Source: Obrimoposthia wandeli (lineage: Eukaryota). Taken from it: a stretch of 64,000 bases of DNA. Positions 42,787 to 54,667 of this stretch are shown piece by piece. The notes under the pieces are model-generated. The model saw only the letters and a program-made list of their open reading frames with translations. It ran no database searches and had not been told where the DNA came from. Both the position numbers and the translations under genes were made by a program. The DNA is taken from positions 248,001-312,000 of the forward strand of contig CDROCS010002834.1 in NCBI GenBank assembly GCA_977020255.1. The letters are read 5' to 3'. Numbering within the stretch: the stretch's first letter is position 1; the number at the start of each line of letters is the position of its first letter.

Positions 42787-42806
42787 TACTGTATCTTTAT
42801 ACAGCC
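42787..42806. promoter_or_regulatory. LexA (SOS) box upstream of uvrA
   Basis: taCTGTatctttatACAGcc = CTGT-N8-ACAG, ~70 bp upstream of the uvrA ATG. Confidence 0.88.
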
Positions 42807-42877
42807 CGTACTTTCAAGCTTTTCTTGCCTATGCAATAATAACAAATCAATTAGTCGACCATAAAGCTCATCTCAAT

Positions 42878-45703
42878 ATGGATTATATCGAAGTCAGGGG
42901 TGCTCGCACTCACAACCTAAAAAATATCAACCTCTCGATCCCTCGCAATAAGCTGATTGTTATCACCGGCTTATCGGGTTCAGGGAAATCATCATTGGCT
43001 TTCGATACCTTATATGCTGAAGGTCAACGCCGCTATGTTGAATCGCTGTCCGCCTATGCGCGACAATTCCTATCGTTGATGGAAAAACCCGATGTCGACC
43101 ACATTGAAGGGCTATCGCCTGCTATATCCATAGAGCAGAAATCGACATCGCATAACCCACGCTCAACCGTCGGTACGATCACTGAAATTTATGACTATTT
43201 ACGCTTATTGTATGCACGAGTGGGTGAGCCACGCTGCCCAACACACGACGTAACACTGGCAGCACAAACCGTCAGTCAGATGGTAGATAAAGTATTAGAG
43301 TTGCCAGAAGGCAGTAAAATGATGCTGCTTGCTCCAATTGTAAAAGCGCGTAAAGGTGAGCATGTAAAAACCCTGGCGAACCTCGCTGCTCAAGGGTATA
43401 TCCGAGCGCGTATTGATGGCGAAGTGTGTGATCTGTCTGATCCTCCGACCCTAGAATTACATAAAAAACACACCATAGAAGTCGTAGTCGATCGTTTCAA
43501 GGTACGTGATGATCTACAGCTACGTTTAGCTGAATCTTTCGAAACGGCCTTAGAATTATCTGGCGGCAATGTATTAATCTGCCCTATGGATGACGACCAA
43601 CCTGCTGAGTTATTATTTTCTGCTAATTTTGCTTGCCCACATTGTGGCTATAGTATGCAAGAGCTTGAACCTCGTTTATTCTCATTTAACAATCCTGCAG
43701 GTGCATGTGGTACCTGTGACGGCTTAGGCGTTCAGCAATACTTTGACCCTGACCGAGTGGTACAAAATGGTGAACTAAGCCTATCTGGCGGTGCAATCCG
43801 AGGGTGGGATAAGCGTAATTTCTATTATTTTCAGATGTTGAAATCAATGGCTGAACACTATGATTTTGATGTTGAAGCCGCCTTCAATGAATTACCGCAA
43901 AAAATCAAAGACCTCATTCTTAGTGGTTCAGGTAAAACTGAAATTGAATTTAAGTACATTAATGACCGCGGTGATATAACGGTTCGACGTCATCCTTTTG
44001 AGGGGATCCTCAATAATATGGAACGTCGTTATCGCGAAACAGAATCGAACGCTGTACGTGAAGAGTTGGTAAAATTTGTATCAAAAAAACACTGTTCTAG
44101 CTGTCACGGTTCGCGTTTACGTCAAGAAGCACGTCATGTATTTATTGCGGATACAAACCTACCTACCATTTGTGAAATGAGTATCAATGAAACATTTAAC
44201 TTTTTTGATACGCTTTCACTAGTGGGCCAGCGAGGACAGATCGCCGATAAAATATTAAAAGAAATCAAAGACCGTTTAACTTTCTTAGTCAACGTCGGCC
44301 TTAACTACCTAAATTTATCACGTAGTGCCGATACGCTATCTGGCGGTGAAGCACAACGTATTCGCCTTGCAAGCCAAATAGGTGCAGGGCTCGTCGGTGT
44401 TATGTATGTACTTGATGAACCTTCAATTGGTCTTCATCAGCGTGATAATGAACGTTTACTCAAAACCTTGAATCACCTACGTGATCTCGGTAATACGGTT
44501 ATCGTGGTCGAGCATGATGAAGATGCGATTCGCGCTGCTGATTATGTGATTGATATTGGCCCAGGTGCCGGAGTGCACGGTGGTGAAATCATCGCAGAAG
44601 GCACAATGGAAGATATTCTTAACGCACCTAGATCGTTAACAGGCCAGTATTTAAGTGGTGAAAAATCCATTGCTATCCCAGAACACCGTACACCGATGGA
44701 TCCAGATAAAACCGTTAAATTACTGGGGGCGACAGGTAATAACCTTAAAAATGTCGATGTTGAAATCCCAGTCGGTCTCTTTACCTGTATTACTGGTGTT
44801 TCTGGTTCAGGTAAATCAACGCTTATTAATGATACTTTCTTCCGCATTGCTCACCACCAACTCAATGGCGCAACAACGGGTGAAGCAGCCCCTTATCGTG
44901 AGATTCAAAATTTAGAACACTTTGATAAGGTAATTGAAATTGACCAAAGCCCAATAGGACGCACACCACGCTCTAATCCAGCAACCTATACCGGTATCTT
45001 TACGCCAATACGTGAACTATTTGCGGGTACCCAAGAGTCTCGTTCTCGTGGTTATAAACCTGGCCGTTTTAGCTTTAACGTCAAAGGTGGGCGCTGCGAA
45101 TCTTGCCAAGGTGATGGGCTAATCAAAGTCGAAATGCATTTCTTACCGGATGTCTATGTGCCTTGTGATTCTTGTAAGAGCAAGCGCTACAACCGTGAAA
45201 CATTGGAAGTACGCTACAAAGGTAAATCTATTCACGAAGTATTAGATTTAACCGTTGAAGATGCCCGTGAATTTTTTGATCCCGTTCCCGCTATTGCAAG
45301 AAAACTACAAACATTAATGGATGTCGGTTTATCGTATATCCGCTTAGGCCAAGCTGCGACCACCATTTCCGGCGGTGAAGCACAGCGGGTAAAATTAGCC
45401 CGCGAACTATCAAAGCGAGACACAGGACAAACACTGTATATATTAGATGAACCAACCACAGGGTTACACTTCCATGATATTCAACAGCTGCTAGTCGTAC
45501 TGCATCGATTACGCGATAGAGGTAATACTATCGTGGTTATCGAGCATAATCTTGATGTGGTAAAAACTGCAGATTGGATCATCGATCTTGGCCCTGAAGG
45601 CGGTAACGGTGGGGGTGAAATTGTTGCGACAGGTACGCCAGAGCAGGTCGCTCAAGTTGCTGGTTCACATACGGCATACTTCCTTAAGCCTCTCTTGTCT
45701 TAA
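42878..45703 (+). CDS. uvrA: Excinuclease ABC subunit A
   Basis: Two Walker A motifs ([16 protein letters not shown]), LSGGEAQRI signature, CxxC zinc fingers. Confidence 0.98.
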   Translation: MDYIEVRGARTHNLKNINLSIPRNKLIVITGLSGSGKSSLAFDTLYAEGQRRYVESLSAYARQFLSLMEKPDVDHIEGLSPAISIEQKSTSHNPRSTVGTITEIYDYLRLLYARVGEPRCPTHDVTLAAQTVSQMVDKVLELPEGSKMMLLAPIVKARKGEHVKTLANLAAQGYIRARIDGEVCDLSDPPTLELHKKHTIEVVVDRFKVRDDLQLRLAESFETALELSGGNVLICPMDDDQPAELLFSANFACPHCGYSMQELEPRLFSFNNPAGACGTCDGLGVQQYFDPDRVVQNGELSLSGGAIRGWDKRNFYYFQMLKSMAEHYDFDVEAAFNELPQKIKDLILSGSGKTEIEFKYINDRGDITVRRHPFEGILNNMERRYRETESNAVREELVKFVSKKHCSSCHGSRLRQEARHVFIADTNLPTICEMSINETFNFFDTLSLVGQRGQIADKILKEIKDRLTFLVNVGLNYLNLSRSADTLSGGEAQRIRLASQIGAGLVGVMYVLDEPSIGLHQRDNERLLKTLNHLRDLGNTVIVVEHDEDAIRAADYVIDIGPGAGVHGGEIIAEGTMEDILNAPRSLTGQYLSGEKSIAIPEHRTPMDPDKTVKLLGATGNNLKNVDVEIPVGLFTCITGVSGSGKSTLINDTFFRIAHHQLNGATTGEAAPYREIQNLEHFDKVIEIDQSPIGRTPRSNPATYTGIFTPIRELFAGTQESRSRGYKPGRFSFNVKGGRCESCQGDGLIKVEMHFLPDVYVPCDSCKSKRYNRETLEVRYKGKSIHEVLDLTVEDAREFFDPVPAIARKLQTLMDVGLSYIRLGQAATTISGGEAQRVKLARELSKRDTGQTLYILDEPTTGLHFHDIQQLLVVLHRLRDRGNTIVVIEHNLDVVKTADWIIDLGPEGGNGGGEIVATGTPEQVAQVAGSHTAYFLKPLLS

Positions 45704-45741
45704 GCTACTTTTGTCTTGAACTGCGAAGAAATCAACGTCAT

Positions 45742-45770
45742 AGGCTGATATAATTATCAGCCTTTATTTT
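45742..45770 (+). terminator. Probable terminator after uvrA
   Basis: aggctgata-taat-tatcagcct-ttatttt. Confidence 0.55.
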
Positions 45771-45801
45771 GCTTAAACATGTCAACAAGCATGGGTATAA
45801 A

Positions 45802-47571
45802 ATGACAGTGTTACACTTACAAGGTACCAAGCTCGCAGAACCGCGCACCAGTAAACCACTCGTGAGATCATTCATTGTTTCACTCGGTTTTTTGTTTGTA
45901 CTAACGATGCACTACTTCCAGCATAATCCTGGTGGTTCAGGGCTTGAATTGTCATTTAATACCGCCAGTTGGATCCCATTTAGTATCGCGATTTCACTGG
46001 GGTTATTGGAAATTTGTCGTCAAAAAGTGTGGCGCTATTCTCGACTAACCATTGTTTTATTTGCTTGCTGTGTATTACTCACCTTACCTGTTTTTTATCC
46101 AAATGCTGATGCACCTGCAGTGGCTAACCGACTGATTGCACTTTGGGCTGGCTTCTTATTTTTTATCGGGTTACAGCAGTTTACGTTTACCCCAAAGCAG
46201 CGCCAGCGCATGTTGTGGCTTATTCTAATCGGTGTATTGATTGAAGTGGCCTTTGGTTGGTATCAGTTCATGTGGATGGCGACCGACAATGCTTTTGGTT
46301 ACAACATAGCGATCAACCGACCTTATGGCATTTTTCAGCAACCAAATGTCATGGCAAGTTTTCTGGCTACTGGGTTAGTACTGTCTGCTTATTTACTTGC
46401 CCGTATTCCGATGTATCGCGGTAAGTGGTCGTGGCAGCAACTTCTTTTGTTGCTCATTCCCGTTATCACGATTCCAATCATTGTGGCATTAAACTCTCGT
46501 ACTGGTTGGATCGGGGCGATTGTCGGTGTTGGTTTAATGATCCCTTACCTACGTCGCTTTGCTGCAAAAGCCCAATTACGCATGTGGTTGTTGATGATCG
46601 TGATGGGGTTAAGTGTATCTTGGAGTATTAATTCCGCGACAGGTTGGGGACCAAAAACTGAACGAATAACACTTGAAAGCGCTCGTTCTATCCATATTCC
46701 GCAAGCTTATAAAATGTTTCGTACCGAGCCACTAATGGGTTATGGCTATGGTAAGTTTGAACCCGCATATATCACCCAAACCGCAAAGTGGCACCAAGCG
46801 GATCCCACTCAACCTTACGGATTACCTAATTTAGACCACCCTCATAATGAACTGGTTTATTGGGCATCCGAAGGGGGGATCATTCCTTTGATCGCCTTGC
46901 TACTTGCGGCAGCAGCAGTGCTACTTAAAATTAGGAAGGCACGTGAAGGCACTCAACTCGCATTAGTCGGGCTTTTCTTTCCCATCGTTTTGCACACTCA
47001 ATTAGAGTACCCCTTCTACCACTCATTAGCTCATTGGGTAATTTTTATCATCCTGATTTATTGGGTCGATAACCTAACGGCAAAATATCATAAACATGAA
47101 ATGCAGTACGTAATGGCGATTAAATCTTTAGCGTTTATCATGCCAATTGTTGTTAGTGGTTTTATGTTAACAACATTGCACTCAGGTTGGTTGTTAACCA
47201 AATTTGAGACGACACGCCCAGTAAATATTGATTACTTAATGCAGGTTAATAACCCTTGGGCTTGGCAAAACCGTTTTGATTGGGATGTGCATTTGACGCA
47301 ACTCCAGCTGGGAACCGCAAGTCAAAACCCTGCACTCATTGAAGAATACATTCAATGGGCGACAAAAAAAGCCGTTAATTGGCCTCGTCCGGCGCTATAT
47401 CATAACTTAATTTCAGCTTATCAATTATTAGGTAAGCCAGAACGAGCTAGCCAAATAAAGCAAGAAGCCGAATATTTATTTCCAGGTTCTGATTTTTCGA
47501 CTTCAGAGGCACAAACAGCACTGCCTTCTGACACTACTTCCCAAGCAAACATGCTCAACGACGTAAATTAA
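45802..47571 (+). CDS. pglL: PglL-family O-oligosaccharyltransferase / O-antigen-ligase-like membrane protein (Wzy_C)
   Basis: Multi-TM; NPGGSGL..FN, RPYGIFQQPNV.ASF, SRTGWIG, HPHNELVYW.SEGG, HTQLEYPFY; same position after uvrA as the V. cholerae PglL gene (recalled synteny). Confidence 0.8.
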   Translation: MTVLHLQGTKLAEPRTSKPLVRSFIVSLGFLFVLTMHYFQHNPGGSGLELSFNTASWIPFSIAISLGLLEICRQKVWRYSRLTIVLFACCVLLTLPVFYPNADAPAVANRLIALWAGFLFFIGLQQFTFTPKQRQRMLWLILIGVLIEVAFGWYQFMWMATDNAFGYNIAINRPYGIFQQPNVMASFLATGLVLSAYLLARIPMYRGKWSWQQLLLLLIPVITIPIIVALNSRTGWIGAIVGVGLMIPYLRRFAAKAQLRMWLLMIVMGLSVSWSINSATGWGPKTERITLESARSIHIPQAYKMFRTEPLMGYGYGKFEPAYITQTAKWHQADPTQPYGLPNLDHPHNELVYWASEGGIIPLIALLLAAAAVLLKIRKAREGTQLALVGLFFPIVLHTQLEYPFYHSLAHWVIFIILIYWVDNLTAKYHKHEMQYVMAIKSLAFIMPIVVSGFMLTTLHSGWLLTKFETTRPVNIDYLMQVNNPWAWQNRFDWDVHLTQLQLGTASQNPALIEEYIQWATKKAVNWPRPALYHNLISAYQLLGKPERASQIKQEAEYLFPGSDFSTSEAQTALPSDTTSQANMLNDVN

Positions 47572-47601
47572 ATCAACGCAGATTTCTATCAAACATTGAT
47601 C

Positions 47602-47631
47602 AAAAACGGCTACCAAGGTAGCCGTTTTATT
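47602..47631. terminator. Bidirectional terminator between pglL and the aminotransferase gene
   Basis: aaaaacggctacc-aa-ggtagccgtttt perfect inverted repeat. Confidence 0.7.
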
Positions 47632-47653
47632 CAATCTATACATGATGAATGTT

Positions 47654-48772
47654 TTACTTCAATGTCGCTTCCAAGGCTTTTAAGCATAAAGCGACATTTT
47701 CACTACGAGCGGCATATCCCATTAAACCAATACGCCATGCTTTGCCTCCTAAAGCCCCTAGCCCAGCACCGATTTCAAGGTTATAGCGTTCAAGTAACGT
47801 TTTACGCACTAATGCATCATCAACGCCATCAGGGATATATACCGCATTAAGCTGCGGCAAACGTGAGGCTTCATCAACAACAAAAGTAATACCGAGTTTT
47901 TCTAAGCCTTCACGTAATTCTAAATGTGCATCTTTATGGCGTTGCCAAGCATTTTCTAACCCTTCATTTTGTAATAACACCAAGGCTTCATGCAGGGCAT
48001 ACAAACTATTGACTGGCGCAGTATGATGATAAGTACGCTTACCTTCTCCACTCCAATATCCCAGTACTAAACTTTGATCCAAGAACCAACTTTGTACGGG
48101 GGTTTTGCGAGCTTGAATTTTATCAATTGCGCGCTGAGAAAATGTTAATGGTGATAAGCCTGGCACGCATGATAAACATTTCTGGCTACCTGAATAAACG
48201 GCGTCTAACTGCCACTCATCAACCAATAGAGGGACACCGCCTAACGATGTAACAGCGTCAACAATGGTCAAACAATCATGTTGACGGGCCAGTTTCGCTA
48301 GCGCTTCAGCATCACTTAACGCCCCCGTTGATGTTTCAGCATGCACAAATGCTAATATTTTCGTATCAGGGTTATCAATTAACGCTTGTTCAACCAACTT
48401 AGGATCAACAGGCTCTCCCCACGTATTATCGACAACAACGGCCTTCCCACCACATCGCTCAACATTTTCACGCATGCGATCGCCAAATACACCATTACGG
48501 CAAACAATAACCTTGTCACCCGGCTCAACAAGGTTAACAAAACACGCTTCCATACCGGCACTACCAGGGGCAGACACCGCAATGGTAAATGTATTTTTCG
48601 TCTGAAAGGCATATTGAAGCAGCTGTTTTAGCTCATCCATCATCCCAACAAAAAGGGGATCTAAATGTCCAACCGTCGGGCGGCTAAGCGCCTGTAGAAC
48701 TTGCGGGTAAATATCAGATGGACCTGGTCCCATTAGTATTCGTTGCGGTGGGTAAAAGCTAGTAATTGTCAT
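47654..48772 (-). CDS. PLP-dependent class V aminotransferase (alanine/serine-glyoxylate aminotransferase-like)
   Basis: LMGPGPS, VHAETSTG, VDAVTSLGG, SGSQKCLS (PLP Lys), WRIGLMG. Start at MTITSF (48772) after an AGGA SD. Confidence 0.9.
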   Translation of the reverse strand: MTITSFYPPQRILMGPGPSDIYPQVLQALSRPTVGHLDPLFVGMMDELKQLLQYAFQTKNTFTIAVSAPGSAGMEACFVNLVEPGDKVIVCRNGVFGDRMRENVERCGGKAVVVDNTWGEPVDPKLVEQALIDNPDTKILAFVHAETSTGALSDAEALAKLARQHDCLTIVDAVTSLGGVPLLVDEWQLDAVYSGSQKCLSCVPGLSPLTFSQRAIDKIQARKTPVQSWFLDQSLVLGYWSGEGKRTYHHTAPVNSLYALHEALVLLQNEGLENAWQRHKDAHLELREGLEKLGITFVVDEASRLPQLNAVYIPDGVDDALVRKTLLERYNLEIGAGLGALGGKAWRIGLMGYAARSENVALCLKALEATLK

Positions 48773-49044
48773 GAGTCTATCTTCCTGAAGTAAGTATTTA
48801 ATCAATCCCTGTATTATCGTTATTTTTCTAACTGTAGGGCGGGAATTGTTAGAGTTGCACAACAACAGAATATTAAATCAACCATACTCAATGCAAGTCA
48901 CATTCAACACTAACATAACGAAAGATATAAACGATTGCATTTTTTTCGCATAAATAACCACAGAAAGATTGACAACCTAGTAACAAATCCTATTCAATGA
49001 GAGGAGTTTTTGTTCATCCTGCTGGTATTAATACCACTAGGTAA

Positions 49045-49230
49045 AACGGAAGAGGAGCGTTACCCAGGTATTTAGATTGCAGGGCCCCACCCTAAAGCAA
49101 CCTAAAGAGGGGGAGTAACGCCGAGATATAACTGATGGGGATCAGCGATATCGGCTATGAAGGTTGAATCCTTCTGGCTGTCACCTTTTTATGCATAAGT
49201 ACCATATAAAAAGGTGGGGAGCTTCTGGTT
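49045..49230 (+). promoter_or_regulatory. Lysine riboswitch (L-box) upstream of lysC
   Basis: ggaAGAGGAGCG..AGGTA..GGGGGAGTAACGCCGAG..TCGG..GGTTGAATCC..CTGTCACC..GGTGGGGAGCTTCTG pattern; P1 cggaag/cttctg; lies in the lysC leader. Confidence 0.88.
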
Positions 49231-49340
49231 GTAGCGCTATTCGTACGTCTCGCCTTTCTGCTCTCCTGACAATTGGATGTCGGGAATATCCTCCCGCGTA
49301 AATTCGTTTTTATCATTTTACTGAGATTGGGAGTCTTACC

Positions 49341-50720
49341 TTGAGCCTTGTAGATAGTAATGTAAATCCGCACACATCGTTAACCGTTGCCAAGTTTGGT
49401 GGTACAAGTGTTGCCGATTTTACTGCGATGAGTCGCAGTGCAGCAATAATTCAACAGGCACCACACACCCGCTTAGTCTTAATTAGTGCCTGTTCTGGGG
49501 TCACCAATATCTTAGTGGAACTGGCTAATGGTGTTACTGATACTCAACAACGTCATGCTTTATTAACTCGCTTAACCGATATACACCAATCCGTATTAAG
49601 CCAATTAGAGCAACCACAGCAAGCTGAAGAAGCCATCACTCTATTGCTTCAAAGTGTGGCTGAATTAGCGAAAAAAGCGGCCATAGAAAAATCAGTTGCT
49701 CTTACCGATCAACTCGTTTCCCATGGCGAACTACTTTCTACTCACCTATTCGCTCAAATATTGAGAGAACTAGGCATCAACGCAATTCGATTTGATATTC
49801 GAGATGTCATGCGTACTGATGGGCAATTTGGCAAAGCGATTCCACAACCCAATGTTATCCGCCACTTGTCAGAGCAACACCTTTTACCACAACTAAAAGA
49901 ACATGTAGTGGTCTCTCAAGGCTTTATTGGCTCTGACGAACAAGGCAACACGACCACATTAGGTCGTGGCGGTAGTGACTATAGTGCCGCCTTAATGGCC
50001 GAAGCTATCGGGGCATCGACCTTAGAAATTTGGACTGATGTACCAGGCATGTATACCACAGACCCTCGCATCGCCACGAAAGCAAAGCCAATTAAAGAAA
50101 TCAGCTTCAGCGAAGCATCTGAAATGGCCAATTTTGGTGCCAAGATATTACATCCATCAACATTAGTACCGGCAATTAGACAGCAAATACCCGTCTTCAT
50201 TGGTTCATCGAAAGCACCCGAACAAGGTGGTACCTGGATCCGAGAAACAGTATCTGATGCCCCATTATTTAGAGCGTTAGCACTTCGTTGTAATCAAACA
50301 ATGGTGACATTAACCAGCCTCAATATGTTCCATGCTTACGGCTTCTTAGCTGAAGTGTTTCGTATTTTAGCGGAACATAAAATCTCCGTGGATTTGATCA
50401 CAACTTCTGAGGTGAGCGTCTCTTTGACATTGGATCAAACCGATACCAGTGGTGGAGCACCAACACTACCAGCGCAAGCACTAGCAGAACTCAGTGAGCT
50501 ATGTCGCGTCGAGGTAGAGCAAGATCTATGCTTGGTTGCATTGATTGGTAATCAAATGAGCAGCACCAAAGGCTCAGCCAAAAAAGTATTTAGCACGCTT
50601 GAAGACTATAACCTACGCATGATTTGTTATGGGGCAAGCCCGCACAATTTATGTTTTTTAGTAAAAGCGCAAGATGCTAAATCTGCGATCAAAGATCTCC
50701 ATTGCGCTATCTTTGAATAA
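49341..50720 (+). CDS. lysC: Lysine-sensitive aspartokinase III
   Basis: VAKFGGTSVAD, LGRGGSDYSAAL, EMANFGAKILHP, C-terminal ACT domains; TTG start after a GGGAG SD. Confidence 0.96.
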   Translation: MSLVDSNVNPHTSLTVAKFGGTSVADFTAMSRSAAIIQQAPHTRLVLISACSGVTNILVELANGVTDTQQRHALLTRLTDIHQSVLSQLEQPQQAEEAITLLLQSVAELAKKAAIEKSVALTDQLVSHGELLSTHLFAQILRELGINAIRFDIRDVMRTDGQFGKAIPQPNVIRHLSEQHLLPQLKEHVVVSQGFIGSDEQGNTTTLGRGGSDYSAALMAEAIGASTLEIWTDVPGMYTTDPRIATKAKPIKEISFSEASEMANFGAKILHPSTLVPAIRQQIPVFIGSSKAPEQGGTWIRETVSDAPLFRALALRCNQTMVTLTSLNMFHAYGFLAEVFRILAEHKISVDLITTSEVSVSLTLDQTDTSGGAPTLPAQALAELSELCRVEVEQDLCLVALIGNQMSSTKGSAKKVFSTLEDYNLRMICYGASPHNLCFLVKAQDAKSAIKDLHCAIFE

Positions 50721-50754
50721 AGCAGGAACACATTTCATTGCGGAACCCACTAAC

Positions 50755-50789
50755 AAAAAAAGAAGGCGCTCACATGAGCGCCTTCTTTT
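50755..50789. terminator. Bidirectional terminator between lysC and metH
   Basis: aaaaaagaaggcgctca-ca-tgagcgccttctttt. Confidence 0.8.
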
Positions 50790-50803
50790 CATTCAAACTT
50801 TCA

Positions 50804-53800
50804 TTATAAATTAGGCCCTAACCACTTCTCAGCTTCAAGAAGATCCCAACCTTTACGATCAGCATAACTATCACGCTGATCTGCTTGAATCTGAGCAACG
50901 GCAAAGTAGCGAGACTCTGGATGAGAAAAATACCACCCCGATACAGCCGCACCAGGCCACATGGCATAGCTTTCCGTTAAGACCATGCCTGTATTTGCCT
51001 CTGCATCTAATAATGTCCAAATAGCCCCTTTTTCTGTATGCTCGGGGCAGGCAGGGTATCCTGGGGCTGGACGTATTCCTTGATACTTTTCACGGATCAA
51101 ATCTTCATTCGCGAGCGACTCTTCAGGCGCATAGCCCCAAATGTCTTTTCGTACCGTTTCATGCATACATTCAGCAAAAGCCTCAGCTAAACGATCTGCA
51201 ATCGCCTGTACCATAATCGCGTTATAATCATCACCTTTGGCTTTAAACTGGTCTGCAATGTCATATTCACCAATACCGCCCGTTACAGCAAAAGCACCTA
51301 TCCAATCAGCTTTGTTACTTTCTTTAGGCGCAATATAATCTGATAAACAATAGTTAGGCCCTTTCGGTTTCTTCGTCTGTTGACGCAAACCACACAGTAC
51401 TGTCAGCACTTCAGAGCGAGTCTCATCGGTGTACACTTCAATATCGTCACCGATATTATTGGCAGGGAATAAACCACACACACCGTTTGCTTTGATCATG
51501 CCTGTACACTCAATCTCATCTAACAATACATTTGCATCATCAAATAAACGCTGAGCTTCTTCACCCACAACCTCATGGCGAAAAATAGTTGGATACTTAC
51601 CACTTAATGACCAAGTCATGAAAAATGGCGTCCAATCAATATATTTACGAATCTTAGATATTGGAAAATCAGTAAAGACGTGGATACCCGGCTTCACTGG
51701 AGCTGGCGGTGTATAGCTCTCCCAATCTATAGCGACTTTATTTTCTCGCGCTTTATCTAACGTAACTGGTGGTGTTCGTGGTTTTTTACGCGCATGTTGC
51801 TCACGTACCGTAATATATTCTTTATCTAAGCGCTCAATAAATGCTGGTCGTAATACATCAGATAACAATGCAGAGCAAACCCCTACAGCACGAGACGCAT
51901 TGGAGACATAAACAACAGGTCCGTGATAGTTTTCTTCAATCTTAACCGCAGTGTGCGCTTTCGAGGTCGTGGCACCACCAATCAGCAATGGCAACTCAAA
52001 ACCTTGTCGCTCCATCTCTTTCGCCACATGCACCATTTCATCTAATGATGGGGTAATAAGACCACTTAAGCCTATGATATCGACATTTTTTTCTTTTGCT
52101 ACTTTCAGTATTTTTTCGCAAGAAACCATAACCCCAAGGTCAATAATTTCATAGTTATTACACTGCAAGACAACGCCCACAATATTCTTACCAATATCGT
52201 GAACATCACCTTTTACTGTCGCTAGCAGAATTTTACCATTGGTATAACCCGCTTGCTTTTCAGCATTAATATAAGGTTCAAGGTGAGCAACAGCTTGCTT
52301 CATAACACGGGCTGATTTAACTACCTGAGGTAAGAACATTTTACCTTCACCAAATAAATCACCGACAATATTCATCCCTGCCATCAACGGGCCTTCAATT
52401 ACTTCGAGAGGCTTAGAGGCATTGGTGCGAGCTTCTTCTGTATCTTCAACAATGAACTCAGTTATCCCTTTAACCAAGGCATGTGATAAGCGCTTTTCTA
52501 CAGGCCACCCTCGCCATTCTTGTAGCGTACGATCTTCTTCTACTTTACCGCTACCACGGTATTTGTCCGCAATATCCAATAAGCGTTCGGTGCTATCATC
52601 ACGGCGGTTTAAGACGACATCTTCAACGGCATTACGGAGTTCATCGGTTAAATCATCATAAATCGCAAGCTGCCCTGCATTCACAATTCCCATATCCATA
52701 CCATTTTTAAAACAGTAATAGAGGAATACGGCATGGATCGCTTCTCGAATTGGATCATTACCTCGGAACGAGAAAGACACATTAGAAACACCACCAGAAA
52801 CCATCGCATAAGGCAGTGTACGCTTGATGTCTCCTACCGCCTCAATGAAATCGACGGCATAGTTGTTATGCTCTTCAATGCCTGTTGCTACGGCAAAAAT
52901 ATTCGGATCGAAAATAATATCTTCAGGCGGGAAACCGACTTCATCCACTAAAATATGATAAGCATTAGTACAGATCTCGATTTTACGTTCACGCGTATCT
53001 GCTTGCCCTTCTTCATCAAAAGCCATCACAATAACCGCAGCACCATAACGGCGGATCAATTTCGCTTGTGCGATAAAGTTTTCAACGCCCTCTTTCATCG
53101 AAATAGAGTTGACGATCGGTTTACCTTGTATGCACTTTAAACCCGCCTCAAGTATTTCCCATTTAGATGAATCGACCATAATGGGGACTTTCGAAATCTC
53201 TGGTTCCGTTGCACATAAATTTAAGAAACGTACCATCGCCGCTTCTGCATCCAACATGCCCTCATCCATATTGATATCGATAATTTGAGCGCCAGCTTCT
53301 ACTTGTTGGCGCGCAACTTCTAATGCCTCATCATATAATTCATCTTTGATGAGTCGCTTGAAACGAGCAGAACCTGTTACATTGGTTCGTTCACCCACAT
53401 TCACAAATAAGGTATCAGCAGTGATTGTGAGAGGCTCTAGCCCTGATAAACGACAAGAAATAGGAATATCAGGTAACTGACGAGGTGCAACATTTCGGGT
53501 AACTTGTTCCATTAAGCGAATATGTTCTGGCGTTGTACCACAACAGCCCCCAACTAAATTGAGGAATCCACTTTTCGCCCATTCTTCAATATGTTCAGCC
53601 ATATCTTCAGGGCTAAGGTCATATTCACCAAATGCATTCGGCAATCCAGCATTTGGGTGAGCAGAAACAGCGCTTTCAGAAATCCGCGATAATTCATCAA
53701 CGTATTGACGTAATTCATCAGGACCTAACGCACAGTTCAAACCAAATGAGATCGGTTTAACATGGCGAAGAGAGTTATAAAATGCTTCGGTTGTTTGACC

Positions 53801-54475
53801 TGAAAGTGTTCGACCCGAGGCATCGGTGATCGTGCCGGAGATCATGATAGGTAAAACAATACCATCTTCATCAAAAACCGTTTCAACAGCGAAAGTACAC
53901 GCTTTCGCATTCAGCGTATCAAAAATAGTTTCAACTAAGATTAAGTCGACGCCACCCGCGATAAGAGCTCGTGTTGATTCAGAATAGGCTTCAACTAATT
54001 GATCAAATGTAACGTTACGAAAGCTAGGGTCGTTAACGTCAGGAGAAATCGAACACGTTCGGTTGGTCGGGCCAAGCACGCCAGCAACAAAGCGAGGTTT
54101 AGACGGTGTTTTAAGCGTCCATTCATCTGCTGCTTGGCGAGCCAGCTTAGCCGCTTCAAAGTTAATCTCAGCGCTTAGACTTTCCATGTCATAGTCAGCC
54201 ATGGCTATGGTGGTAGAATTAAATGTGTTGGTCTCAAGAATATCAGCGCCCGCTTCTAGGTACTCGCCATGAATATCCTTAATTAGCTGTGGTTGTGTTA
54301 AGACGAGAAGGTCATTATTCCCTTTAAGATCTGAATGCCAATCAGAAAAACGTTCACCTCGATAATCATTTTCATCCAATTTATAGCCTTGGATCATAGT
54401 GCCCATGCCACCATCAATAATCAGGATATTTTCAGCTAACCGCTTCTGTAGTACTTCCTTACTCTTCACCACCAC
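50804..54475 (-). CDS. metH: Cobalamin-dependent methionine synthase
   Basis: [30 protein letters not shown]12 motif [22 protein letters not shown]. Confidence 0.98.
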   Translation of the reverse strand: MVVKSKEVLQKRLAENILIIDGGMGTMIQGYKLDENDYRGERFSDWHSDLKGNNDLLVLTQPQLIKDIHGEYLEAGADILETNTFNSTTIAMADYDMESLSAEINFEAAKLARQAADEWTLKTPSKPRFVAGVLGPTNRTCSISPDVNDPSFRNVTFDQLVEAYSESTRALIAGGVDLILVETIFDTLNAKACTFAVETVFDEDGIVLPIMISGTITDASGRTLSGQTTEAFYNSLRHVKPISFGLNCALGPDELRQYVDELSRISESAVSAHPNAGLPNAFGEYDLSPEDMAEHIEEWAKSGFLNLVGGCCGTTPEHIRLMEQVTRNVAPRQLPDIPISCRLSGLEPLTITADTLFVNVGERTNVTGSARFKRLIKDELYDEALEVARQQVEAGAQIIDINMDEGMLDAEAAMVRFLNLCATEPEISKVPIMVDSSKWEILEAGLKCIQGKPIVNSISMKEGVENFIAQAKLIRRYGAAVIVMAFDEEGQADTRERKIEICTNAYHILVDEVGFPPEDIIFDPNIFAVATGIEEHNNYAVDFIEAVGDIKRTLPYAMVSGGVSNVSFSFRGNDPIREAIHAVFLYYCFKNGMDMGIVNAGQLAIYDDLTDELRNAVEDVVLNRRDDSTERLLDIADKYRGSGKVEEDRTLQEWRGWPVEKRLSHALVKGITEFIVEDTEEARTNASKPLEVIEGPLMAGMNIVGDLFGEGKMFLPQVVKSARVMKQAVAHLEPYINAEKQAGYTNGKILLATVKGDVHDIGKNIVGVVLQCNNYEIIDLGVMVSCEKILKVAKEKNVDIIGLSGLITPSLDEMVHVAKEMERQGFELPLLIGGATTSKAHTAVKIEENYHGPVVYVSNASRAVGVCSALLSDVLRPAFIERLDKEYITVREQHARKKPRTPPVTLDKARENKVAIDWESYTPPAPVKPGIHVFTDFPISKIRKYIDWTPFFMTWSLSGKYPTIFRHEVVGEEAQRLFDDANVLLDEIECTGMIKANGVCGLFPANNIGDDIEVYTDETRSEVLTVLCGLRQQTKKPKGPNYCLSDYIAPKESNKADWIGAFAVTGGIGEYDIADQFKAKGDDYNAIMVQAIADRLAEAFAECMHETVRKDIWGYAPEESLANEDLIREKYQGIRPAPGYPACPEHTEKGAIWTLLDAEANTGMVLTESYAMWPGAAVSGWYFSHPESRYFAVAQIQADQRDSYADRKGWDLLEAEKWLGPNL

Positions 54476-54528
54476 ATTACTTCCTTATTTTGTATTACAG
54501 CTTAATAACATCCTACCATAGCCGCAAT

Positions 54529-54552
54529 GGAAATCTAGACGTCTAAATGCCT
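54529..54552. promoter_or_regulatory. Three tandem Met boxes (MetJ operator) upstream of metH
   Basis: ggaaatct-AGACGTCT-aaatgcct: one perfect 8-mer (54537-54544) flanked in register by two 5/8 matches. Confidence 0.8.
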
Positions 54553-54667
54553 TTTCATAAACAAAACGAATTCAGAATAAAAGAAAGTTTTTATAGCTAT
54601 AATCGCCCTATGGTTTATATTTTGTGACAATTTACTATTTACTCTAAAATCAATTTGAGGTTGATGC

